64,000 nucleotides of DNA from an uncultured Microthrixaceae bacterium (GTDB taxonomy: Bacteria > Actinomycetota > Acidimicrobiia > Acidimicrobiales > DATDAH01): assembly GCA_963725155.1 (NCBI GenBank), contig CAVRXU010000002.1:492506-556505 (forward strand), given 5' to 3'. Numbering within the stretch: the first letter of the stretch is position 1; each line of letters begins with the position of its first letter. Of this stretch, positions 17,007-24,852 are shown one piece after another. The notes under the pieces are model-generated. The model was not told the DNA's origin and made no database searches. It worked only from the letters and a program-made list of their open reading frames with translations. The position numbers were made by a program, and so were the translations under genes.

Positions 17007-18047
17007 CTACGAGGAGTTGAGCACGTAACGCGTGCCGACGACGCTCGGTGCGCAGCCGGTGGGACTGAAGGCATTCGCCAGTTCCGCGGCGGCTCGCCAG
17101 CCTGTGCAGTGAGCCGGCGCGACGATCTGTGGGGCGACGAGGTCGGACAGGTCTCGCACGGTCGGTTCGATGCGGTCCTCGACGGCGGTACCCGCGAGGT
17201 GGTAGCCGCCGAGAAGGAGGTCCACCGGTTGATCCGGGAGCAGCCGCCGGGCCTCGAGGCCGACGTTGACGACTCCGGCGTGAGAACAGGCGGTGAGCAC
17301 GGTCGTGCCGCGGCCGTGGACGCTGGCGGCCAGGAATCGCTCGTCGTGGATCTCCGGATCGAGGGTCACCTGCTCTCCTTGCCAGGTGTGGTGTCCCGCG
17401 AGGCCGGTCTCATAGCTGGTCTGGCGCGGGATGTCGCCGCTGGCGAGAAAGAGATCGGCGACGGCGTGGAGCTCGGCGTGAGTGGTGACGCGGGCGCCGG
17501 CCGCCTCGATCGCGGCGATGGTGGGCTCCGGCGGCAGCATCGCGAAGATCTCGAAGGGGGTGAGGATCCCGCGCTGGTCCGGCCGGTCGGGGTGGACATC
17601 GACGACGAGCGGCGGGTGGCCGGCCTTCCCGCGCGCTTCGGCGATGGCGGTGACGACGTCGGTGATGCCGCCGGAGTGGTCCCAGTGCCAGTGCGACAGG
17701 AACAGCACGTCGATGCCGGACAGGTCGACCGCCAATCGCTCGGCGTTGGCGAGCCAGACGTCGCCGTAGGGGCCGACATCGAACAACACCGTGGCCTTGC
17801 GATCTCCCTGTCGCGCGGTGGCGAGGGCGGAGAACCCGTGACAGGCGACGCAGAGGTGGTCGAAGGCCACAACGCAGTCGTGGCCTTCGTGCCGGCCGCT
17901 GGGCGGGATGCTTCCGAGCAGGTGGGCCATCTCCGGCAGCTGCGGGATGCCCGGGCCGATGCTCGAGAGCGTGTCGGTTGCGTTGTCGACGACGACCGTG
18001 ATGGTGAGCTCGTCGAGCTCGGGCACAGCCGTCGGGTCGGGTGCCAT
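17007..18047 (-). CDS. MBL-fold metallo-hydrolase
   Basis: Start trimmed to MAPDPTAVPELDELTITVVVDN (ATG 18047). HxHxDH motif LSHWHWDHSGG. Confidence 0.85.
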   Translation of the reverse strand: MAPDPTAVPELDELTITVVVDNATDTLSSIGPGIPQLPEMAHLLGSIPPSGRHEGHDCVVAFDHLCVACHGFSALATARQGDRKATVLFDVGPYGDVWLANAERLAVDLSGIDVLFLSHWHWDHSGGITDVVTAIAEARGKAGHPPLVVDVHPDRPDQRGILTPFEIFAMLPPEPTIAAIEAAGARVTTHAELHAVADLFLASGDIPRQTSYETGLAGHHTWQGEQVTLDPEIHDERFLAASVHGRGTTVLTACSHAGVVNVGLEARRLLPDQPVDLLLGGYHLAGTAVEDRIEPTVRDLSDLVAPQIVAPAHCTGWRAAAELANAFSPTGCAPSVVGTRYVLNSS

Positions 18048-18151
18048 CGCCCCATGGTCCCAGAGCCGTCGGCCGCCGGCCACTGGTCGGCCGTGTCCGG
18101 AAAGACCACCGCGATACGGCGACCGCGGACAGTGGCGAGTATGGTTACTCC

Positions 18152-19753
18152 ATGGGACATTCCGGGGCGGCGGGGAGACGAGCACGATCGTGGCTCGGGA
18201 TGCTGGTCGGGATCGGCGTGTGGTCGATCCTCCTCACCCCGGCACTGATCGGGGGTGACATCGCGCAGGCGTTGACCAGCACGACAGAGCCTCGGCTCAG
18301 CCTCGATCATCTGATTCGGACCACGCCGTTCGTGGGATCGGCGACCTCGGTGCGGGACGACGAGGGCAGCGCGTACGTCGCGGGGGACGACGCGCTCTGG
18401 CTGGCCTCCGACAACGACGACGCCCTGTTCGAGGTCGACCGCACGACGGGGGCGCTGCGCAGGGAGGTCGCACAATCGGCGTTCGTCAACGCGCCTCGCT
18501 TCGGCGTCGGTGGCGCCGCCGGCCAGGCCCGCACCGAGGACCTCGAGGCGCTCGCGTACGACGCCAACGCCGACGTCCTCTACGCCTTCTCCGGGAGCGC
18601 GGGCGCCACGCCGACGGCCTTCCGCCTGACCCGGGACGCCAACCAACAGTTCCAGGTCGATTCCTGGCAGCCGCTGCCGTCCGAGTGGACCGGCGCGGGG
18701 TGGCGCCTGGCCGACGGTCTCACCTATGTGGCGAACGGACCGACCATCCGGACCTACGACTTCCCCGCGAACACGTTCGGCGCCGCGTTCTCGATCCCGG
18801 GACTGGGCGGGATCTTCGGCCTCGACTTCGACGACGTCACTGGTGACCTGCTGGCCGTCAACACCTCCGAACGCCTCTGGCGGGCGTCGATGACCACCAG
18901 GACCCTCCGGGAGGGGTGGGAGGGCATCAGCCTCACCGGTCTGGGACTCCGCGACAGCCGTGCGGTCGAGGTCATCGGTGAACAGGTGCTCGTCAGCGAC
19001 GGGGACGACTCACGGGCTTCGTCGGATCCGATGAACCATGCGGTCTTCGTGCTCGACGTCACGGCCGCCGCACCTGACACCACCGACCCCACCATCACGA
19101 TGGTGACGCCGCCCGCGGGGGCGGTCTACGCCCGGAACCGGGTCGTGAACGCTGACTTCTCCTGCACGGACGAGCCGGGGGGCTCCGGGATCGCCTCCTG
19201 TGTGGGCACGGTGGCCGACGGACACGCCATCGACACCACCACCCTGGGCCAGCACTCCTTCGGGGTGACCGCCACCGATGTCGCCGGCAACACCCGGGTC
19301 CTGAACCGCCCCTACACCGTCACCGCGGCCCGGCCCGACGGGAGGATCCGCCGCGGCAGCGGCACTCTGGTCGGCAACAACATCGAGAACACCACGGGCA
19401 GCGGCCAGACCCGCAGCGGCTCCGCCGGCCGAGGCCACAGCGTCACCTATTACGCCTCCATCCAGAACGACGCCGCCTTCGCCGAGAGGCTCCGGCTCCA
19501 CGGGCAGGGATCGACGGCCCAGTTCACCATCGGCTACCGCAACCCGGCGGGGACCAACATCACCGATCAGGTCACGGCCGGCACCTACACCACCCCCAAC
19601 CTGGTCACCGGGGGCACCTTCCAGGTCAGGATCACCGTCACCGTCCGGAACACCGCACCCCCCCACGCCGTGGTGGTCCGCACCCTCACGTCCATCTCCA
19701 CCAGCGACACCACCCGCCGCGACACCGTCGAGTTCGTCACCAGCCGGGCCTGA
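18152..19753 (+). CDS. secreted protein, paralog 1: conserved about 300-aa N-domain + Ig/HYR-like domain + C-terminal beta domain
   Basis: Start MGHSGAAGRRARSWLGMLVGIGVWSILL (ATG 18152). The N-domain is highly similar to that of 24853-27042 (GSAYVAGDDALW.ASDNDDALFE.DRTTG...TEDLEALAYDANADV.YAFSGS...). Confidence 0.8.
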   Translation: MGHSGAAGRRARSWLGMLVGIGVWSILLTPALIGGDIAQALTSTTEPRLSLDHLIRTTPFVGSATSVRDDEGSAYVAGDDALWLASDNDDALFEVDRTTGALRREVAQSAFVNAPRFGVGGAAGQARTEDLEALAYDANADVLYAFSGSAGATPTAFRLTRDANQQFQVDSWQPLPSEWTGAGWRLADGLTYVANGPTIRTYDFPANTFGAAFSIPGLGGIFGLDFDDVTGDLLAVNTSERLWRASMTTRTLREGWEGISLTGLGLRDSRAVEVIGEQVLVSDGDDSRASSDPMNHAVFVLDVTAAAPDTTDPTITMVTPPAGAVYARNRVVNADFSCTDEPGGSGIASCVGTVADGHAIDTTTLGQHSFGVTATDVAGNTRVLNRPYTVTAARPDGRIRRGSGTLVGNNIENTTGSGQTRSGSAGRGHSVTYYASIQNDAAFAERLRLHGQGSTAQFTIGYRNPAGTNITDQVTAGTYTTPNLVTGGTFQVRITVTVRNTAPPHAVVVRTLTSISTSDTTRRDTVEFVTSRA

Positions 19754-19817
19754 CGACCAGCGGCGGCCGCGTGGCCCGCGTTCCCGCTCTGGCCGACGAC
19801 CTGTGGGAAACGCTCGA

Positions 19818-20657
19818 TCAGGATGAGCCCGGGTCGGTAGCTGCGGTCTCGCCGTCCACGCCCACCGATTCCAGGATCACCGTGTCGTCGTTGTGGCTGT
19901 GGGTGAAACCGAGTTCTCGCTCGATCTTCACCGTCTCCTCGGAGCGATAGGCGACGACGTAGGCCCGCCGGAACCCGGCGGTCTGGTTCCCGCCCGAGCC
20001 GTGCATGACCTTCTCGTTGTGCACCGTGCAGTCGCCCCGTTGGATCGGCTCGACGACGACGTCGTCGCCATCGCGCAGGTCGGTGCCCAAGGCGTGGGAT
20101 TCGCCTCGGCCCCCGAACACCGGCGCATGCGGGCGCAACGACGCCTCGTGATTGGTCGCGGGAACGAATCGCATGCAGCCGTTCTCGACGGTCGACTCGT
20201 CCACGGCGAGCCAGAAGGTGGCGGTCCGCCGGTCGGGAGTGTCCGGCCAGTACGCCATGTCCTGGTGCCAGGCGAACACGGCATCGTCCTTGAACGGCTG
20301 CTTGGCCAGGAGCTGGTCGTAGTCGATCGTCATCCCGTCACCGCAGAGCTGGCGGGCGATGTCGGCCGTCCTGCGCTCGTACACGTTCCCCTGCCACGCC
20401 GGAAAGTACCGGCGGGGGAGCAGCACGTTGATGATCGAGTAGTCCGACGGATCACGGCCGTAGTCGCCGGCCATGTCGCAGAAGTCCTTGCCCGGCACCT
20501 CGATCTCGCGTCGCAGGAACCGGTCGTAGTCGACTTCCAGCTCGGCGACCTCGGTGTCGGTCAGCACCCCGGAGAGGTGGACATAGCCGTCCTCCCCGAA
20601 GCGCCGGCGATCCTCGTCATCGACGTGGTAGGTGCCATCCCGCTCGAGCCGACCCAT
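19818..20657 (-). CDS. phytanoyl-CoA dioxygenase (PhyH) family Fe(II)/2-oxoglutarate oxygenase
   Basis: DAVFAWHQDMAYWP (H-x-D), VMHGSGGN (distal His), RRAYVVAYR. Confidence 0.8.
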   Translation of the reverse strand: MGRLERDGTYHVDDEDRRRFGEDGYVHLSGVLTDTEVAELEVDYDRFLRREIEVPGKDFCDMAGDYGRDPSDYSIINVLLPRRYFPAWQGNVYERRTADIARQLCGDGMTIDYDQLLAKQPFKDDAVFAWHQDMAYWPDTPDRRTATFWLAVDESTVENGCMRFVPATNHEASLRPHAPVFGGRGESHALGTDLRDGDDVVVEPIQRGDCTVHNEKVMHGSGGNQTAGFRRAYVVAYRSEETVKIERELGFTHSHNDDTVILESVGVDGETAATDPGSS

Positions 20658-20695
20658 GCCGCCTCCAGTGTGCTGGATTTGGCCTGACCCCGCGG

Positions 20696-22912
20696 CTACT
20701 CGACGAAGAGCGGGTTGCCCCGCCGTACCTCGTCGAGCAGGCCCTCCTGGACGATGTCCCGCATGAACCAGTCCGGCAGGAACCGGTCGGAGCGGAGAGC
20801 ATCCCGGACCTGTGTGCCCGACATCGTCATGAGGTCGGCCCGTTGCGACATCTCGTAGGCGTCGGTGTCGCGGTTGTAGCCGACCGCATCGAAGAACACG
20901 GGCTCCACGCCGATGTCGCCGAGGGAGTCGAAGAGCTGCCGGTTGGCTTCGGGGGCATAGAAGTCACCGACGCCGGTGTGGTCGCGTCCGATGATGAAGT
21001 GGCTGCAGCCCATGTTCTTGCGACACAGAGCCGTGAAGACCGCCTCGCGGGGCCCGGCGTAGCGCGAGTAGGTGAAGAAGCTCCCGAGCACGACCTTGCC
21101 GCTCGGGTAGCAACCGAACTCCAGGAGCCGCTGATAGCTGGCGAGTATCGGCTCGGCCAGGAAGTCGCCGCGCTTCTTCGCCCCGACCACGGGGTTGATG
21201 TAGATGCCGTCGGCCCCGGTCTGCTCCAAGGCCTGCTTCTGGATCCATTCGTGGCCGCGATGCGCGACGTTCCGAGTGTGGAACCCGACCACGCGTGACC
21301 AACCCAGCCGCGTGAAGATGAACCGGGTCTGGGCCGGCGTCAACAGGTAGTGGCGGATGGGGGAGTCCAACGGTCGGACGAGGGTCACGTCGCCGGCGAC
21401 GAACCTGTCGCCCTGCGTCATCAGGTTGATGACGCCGGGATGGTGGCGGCTGGTCGTGCCGAACATCCGCTGGGCGAGGGTCTCGAGGTCGTAGTCGTAG
21501 ATCTCCGACACGTCCACGTAGGCGTGGACGGTCCCCCGATGGTCGGTCAGAACGACGCGATCACCCGGTCCGAACGGCGTCGGCGTCGCCGGGTCCACGG
21601 GGAGGAGGAGCGGCAGCGTCCAGACGTCGCCGCTCGGCAGGCGATGGGTGTCCAGGACCGCGTCGAGTGTCTCACGGTCCATGAACCCGGTGAGCGGCGA
21701 GTAGGTCCCATAGCCGATCTGCTCGCAATCCATGAGATCTCGCTCGGAGACGACCAAGCGAGGCAGATCCTCGAGCGTCGCCAGGTCGTCGGGGCCGGCC
21801 TCGCGGTGCACCAGCCAGCCACCGTGTGGCTCCACGAGCATCGAGACGGCGTCGAGTGCGTACACGCCGTCGCCCGAGAAATCCGTGTGCTTGAAGCCGC
21901 GGATGATCTTGTTGATCATCGAGACACATTCGACGGGATAGTCGCCGATCGCCGTCTCCGCCGCGAGCACCAAGCCGTCGGCGCCATCGACCAGCGTGTT
22001 GTAGACGTCGTTGACCTCAGCCCGGGTGGGCGTGGAGACCGACACCATCGACTCGAGCAGGTTGGTGGCGACATAGACGTGACAGTCCACGGCCTTGGCC
22101 CGGCGGATGATGGACTTCTGCGTCTGGGGGATGATCTCCATGGGCACCTGGCGGGAGAGATCCCCGCGGTCGATCAGCAGCGCGTTCGAGGCCGCCGCGA
22201 TCTCTTCGAGGTTCTTCAGGCCACTGCGAGACTCGATCTTGGAGATGACGAACGCGTCCTCACCGACGATCTCGCGCATCTCTCGCACGTCTGCCCCGCA
22301 ACTGGCGAAGGAGAGGGCAAAGTGCGACAAGCCCGCCTCGCGCCCCCACTTCATCGACGCCCGGTCCTTGTCGGTCAGCGGGGGCATCGGGATGTCCCGC
22401 TCGACGGTCACGGCCTTGTTCTGTCCGACGAGGCCACCTTGGAGCACCCGCATGGAGACGCTGTCGTCGTCGATGGCGACCACCTGGACGAGAACCGAGT
22501 TGAAGTCGATGCTGATGAAGTCCCCCAGCTCGAGCAGCCCGATGATGTCCAAGGGGTAGAAGTTGAAGTTCTTGTCATCGGCGGCGACGCGTCGGCGGTG
22601 GGCGCGCACAACGGTGCTGTCGCGCAACGTGATGCTTCCGTGAACGAAGGTGCCGGTGCGGATCTGCGCCCCCTCGCTGTCGAGGCAGATGGGAGCGTCG
22701 GTTGCCTCACGGATCCTGCGAACCAGTCCGGGCAGGTCCCCGAACTCCGTGTGCGACAGGTTGATGCGAAACACCGAGGCACCGCTCTCCTCGAGGCGCT
22801 GGATGGTGTGCCGCTCGAGGGACGCCGGCCCCAACGTGCACAGGATGGACGGCATCGTGCCGTCGAGGGCATCGGTGTCCGCGGCCTGATGGGCAGGCGT
22901 GTCGTCGTTCAT
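20696..22912 (-). CDS. fusion protein: pyruvate kinase-like A/B domains (no C-terminal regulatory domain) + ATP sulfurylase (sulfate adenylyltransferase)
   Basis: Start trimmed to MNDDTPAHQ (ATG 22912), 20 nt after the sulfotransferase stop. PK motifs ILCTLGPAS, FRINLSHT, LDSEGAQIRTG, PLTDKD, ISKIES, LIDRGDLS, ATNLLESM, PTRAEVNDV..LVDGADGLVLAAETAIGDYP. Sulfurylase motifs VEPHGGWL, GFHTRNVAHRGHEW, HFIIGRDHTGVG. Confidence 0.85.
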   Translation of the reverse strand: MNDDTPAHQAADTDALDGTMPSILCTLGPASLERHTIQRLEESGASVFRINLSHTEFGDLPGLVRRIREATDAPICLDSEGAQIRTGTFVHGSITLRDSTVVRAHRRRVAADDKNFNFYPLDIIGLLELGDFISIDFNSVLVQVVAIDDDSVSMRVLQGGLVGQNKAVTVERDIPMPPLTDKDRASMKWGREAGLSHFALSFASCGADVREMREIVGEDAFVISKIESRSGLKNLEEIAAASNALLIDRGDLSRQVPMEIIPQTQKSIIRRAKAVDCHVYVATNLLESMVSVSTPTRAEVNDVYNTLVDGADGLVLAAETAIGDYPVECVSMINKIIRGFKHTDFSGDGVYALDAVSMLVEPHGGWLVHREAGPDDLATLEDLPRLVVSERDLMDCEQIGYGTYSPLTGFMDRETLDAVLDTHRLPSGDVWTLPLLLPVDPATPTPFGPGDRVVLTDHRGTVHAYVDVSEIYDYDLETLAQRMFGTTSRHHPGVINLMTQGDRFVAGDVTLVRPLDSPIRHYLLTPAQTRFIFTRLGWSRVVGFHTRNVAHRGHEWIQKQALEQTGADGIYINPVVGAKKRGDFLAEPILASYQRLLEFGCYPSGKVVLGSFFTYSRYAGPREAVFTALCRKNMGCSHFIIGRDHTGVGDFYAPEANRQLFDSLGDIGVEPVFFDAVGYNRDTDAYEMSQRADLMTMSGTQVRDALRSDRFLPDWFMRDIVQEGLLDEVRRGNPLFVE

Positions 22913-22932
22913 GGGGGTCCTGTTCTCTGAAG

Positions 22933-23844
22933 TCAACGGTCGGCCACGGCCGCCGCGAGGTCGGTCGGGATCTCGTAACCGTGACGCTGCATCTCCTCGC
23001 GGAGCTCCGGAACGGCGCGAGCCAGATCTTGGGGATCGAGACGCCGCCATTTCTCTGTCCGGTCCGCTTTGACGGTCTCCTTCGCGGCGTTCACCATGTC
23101 GGTGGTCATCTGCAGGTCGCAGTGCGCACAGATGCGTTCCAAGTCGGCGACCGGGTCGTGGACGAAGTCCTCGTAGCGCAGTCGAAGGACTTCGCCTTCG
23201 CCGAACGAGGCGAGGTCCTGCTCGGCCTTCTTCGAGCCTTCCGCCCACTGTCGGGCGATCACGGTGAACATGTCCTCCACCGCGAGGTCGTCCTGTAGGG
23301 CTCGGTAGCGCGGTCCCCATGCCGGCAGATACGTGCTCCTCCGGACTCGCTTGGCGAACTGTTGGCGCCCGTACTTGGCGGCCTGGTGGTGCAACTGGCT
23401 GATCGGCGTCTCTCGCAGTCGCCTGATCGCACCGGTCGTGGTGACGGGACGCTGCCACTTCAACTCGACGGAGCTGATGAAGGAGAAGGGGTCCCGGACC
23501 ATGTACATGAACGTGGCTTCCGGGAAGATCGCCCTGACGTAGGGGATCCTCAGGATGTTGTGCGGTGACTTCTCCAGGACGATGGAGCTCCCGTGGTCCT
23601 CCTGGTACTCGAGGAACCGACCCCGGATGTACCGCTTCACCTTGTCGGTTGCGTCCCGTTCGTCGAACTCGTCGTGGTGTCGGCCCGGATCGGCGTACAG
23701 CCAGAGGGAGTTCGGCTCATACCAGCCGACGACATCGGGATGCACGGAGACGATGTTCTGGACGATCGTCGTTCCGGACCGGAAGTTGCCGAGGAGGATG
23801 ATGGGCGGCCGCAGCTCGGCGGCCCGTCCCTTGCCGCGGCTCAC
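22933..23844 (-). CDS. sulfotransferase family protein (PAPS-dependent type)
   Basis: 5'-PSB loop ILLGNFRSGTTIV. 3'-PB region YMVRDPFSF. ATGA overlap with the upstream epimerase gene (23841-23844). Confidence 0.8.
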   Translation of the reverse strand: MSRGKGRAAELRPPIILLGNFRSGTTIVQNIVSVHPDVVGWYEPNSLWLYADPGRHHDEFDERDATDKVKRYIRGRFLEYQEDHGSSIVLEKSPHNILRIPYVRAIFPEATFMYMVRDPFSFISSVELKWQRPVTTTGAIRRLRETPISQLHHQAAKYGRQQFAKRVRRSTYLPAWGPRYRALQDDLAVEDMFTVIARQWAEGSKKAEQDLASFGEGEVLRLRYEDFVHDPVADLERICAHCDLQMTTDMVNAAKETVKADRTEKWRRLDPQDLARAVPELREEMQRHGYEIPTDLAAAVADR

Positions 23845-24836
23845 CGCAGCACCTGTCGGCGGTCGCGGTGCCAGGCCAGCTGGGCCTCGATCCCCTCGCG
23901 GAGCCCCACCCGTGGCTGCCAGCCGAGGAGCGTGTGGGCCCGTTCGGTCGCCCCGCCGTTGCGCTTGGCGTCGCCCGCCTCAGGGGGATAGTCCTCGACG
24001 ATGACCTGGGTCCCGGCGAGGTCGCCCACCGTTGCGATGAGGTCGTTGAGCGTGATCTCCCCACCGCCGGCGATGTTGACGATCGTCCCGGGCGGGACGT
24101 CGGCCTCCGAGGCCAGGATGTTCGCGGCGACGATGTCGGCGACGTAGGTGAACTCCCGGACCTGGGTCCCGTCGCCGAACCGAGGGAAGCTCGCTCCGGT
24201 GAGCACGGCTTCGCAGAGCCGGTGGATCGACATGTCCGGTCGCTGCCGCGGACCGTAGACGGTGAAGTAGCGCAAGGCCACGGTCGGCACACCCCAGTTC
24301 TCGGCGTACAGCGCAGTCAGGTGCTCCCCGGCGAGCTTGGTCACGCCGTAGGGGCTGTACGGACGGGGCACGTCCGTCTCCACCGTCGGGTAGCGGTCCT
24401 GGTTGCCGTAGACCGACGAGGACGAGGCGTAGACGACACGGCGCACCTCGGCTTCCTTCGCGGCCTCGAGCAGCCGCTGAGTCGCGAGCACGTTGTGGCT
24501 GGCGTACTCGGGGAAGCCGTCGGACCAGGACAGACGAACGCCCGGTTGCCCGGCCTGGTGGAACACGGTGTCACACCCGTCGAACAACGTGGCGAGATCC
24601 ACCTCGCGGAGGTCGGCCTCGACGAGGGTGAAGCGCTCGTCCGCGAGCGCGCCCTCGAGGTTCGAGCGTTTCACCTCTTCCGTGTAGTACGAGGTGAAGC
24701 AGTCGATCCCGACGACGGTGTCGCCCCGAGCGAGCAGCGTGTCGACGAGGTGCGATCCCACGAACCCTGCGGCCCCCGTGACGACGTGGCGGGTCGCCGC
24801 GGGTTCCGGCCGGTTGGACCTGTGTGACTCGGTCAT
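23841..24836 (-). CDS. NAD-dependent nucleotide-sugar epimerase/dehydratase (UDP-glucuronate decarboxylase / 4-epimerase type)
   Basis: VTGAAGFVGSHLVDTLL Rossmann motif, SSSSVYG, YSPYGVTKLAGE (YxxxK). Confidence 0.85.
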   Translation of the reverse strand: MTESHRSNRPEPAATRHVVTGAAGFVGSHLVDTLLARGDTVVGIDCFTSYYTEEVKRSNLEGALADERFTLVEADLREVDLATLFDGCDTVFHQAGQPGVRLSWSDGFPEYASHNVLATQRLLEAAKEAEVRRVVYASSSSVYGNQDRYPTVETDVPRPYSPYGVTKLAGEHLTALYAENWGVPTVALRYFTVYGPRQRPDMSIHRLCEAVLTGASFPRFGDGTQVREFTYVADIVAANILASEADVPPGTIVNIAGGGEITLNDLIATVGDLAGTQVIVEDYPPEAGDAKRNGGATERAHTLLGWQPRVGLREGIEAQLAWHRDRRQVLR

Positions 24837-24852
24837 CTTCCCCTCCCTCGCC

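Noticed and set aside
22913-23458. N-terminal 180-aa extension of the track ORF 20696-23458
   Set aside because: It overlaps the well-supported sulfotransferase gene in another frame and is Arg/Pro-rich. The PK-like domain starts right after MNDDTPAHQ at 22912.
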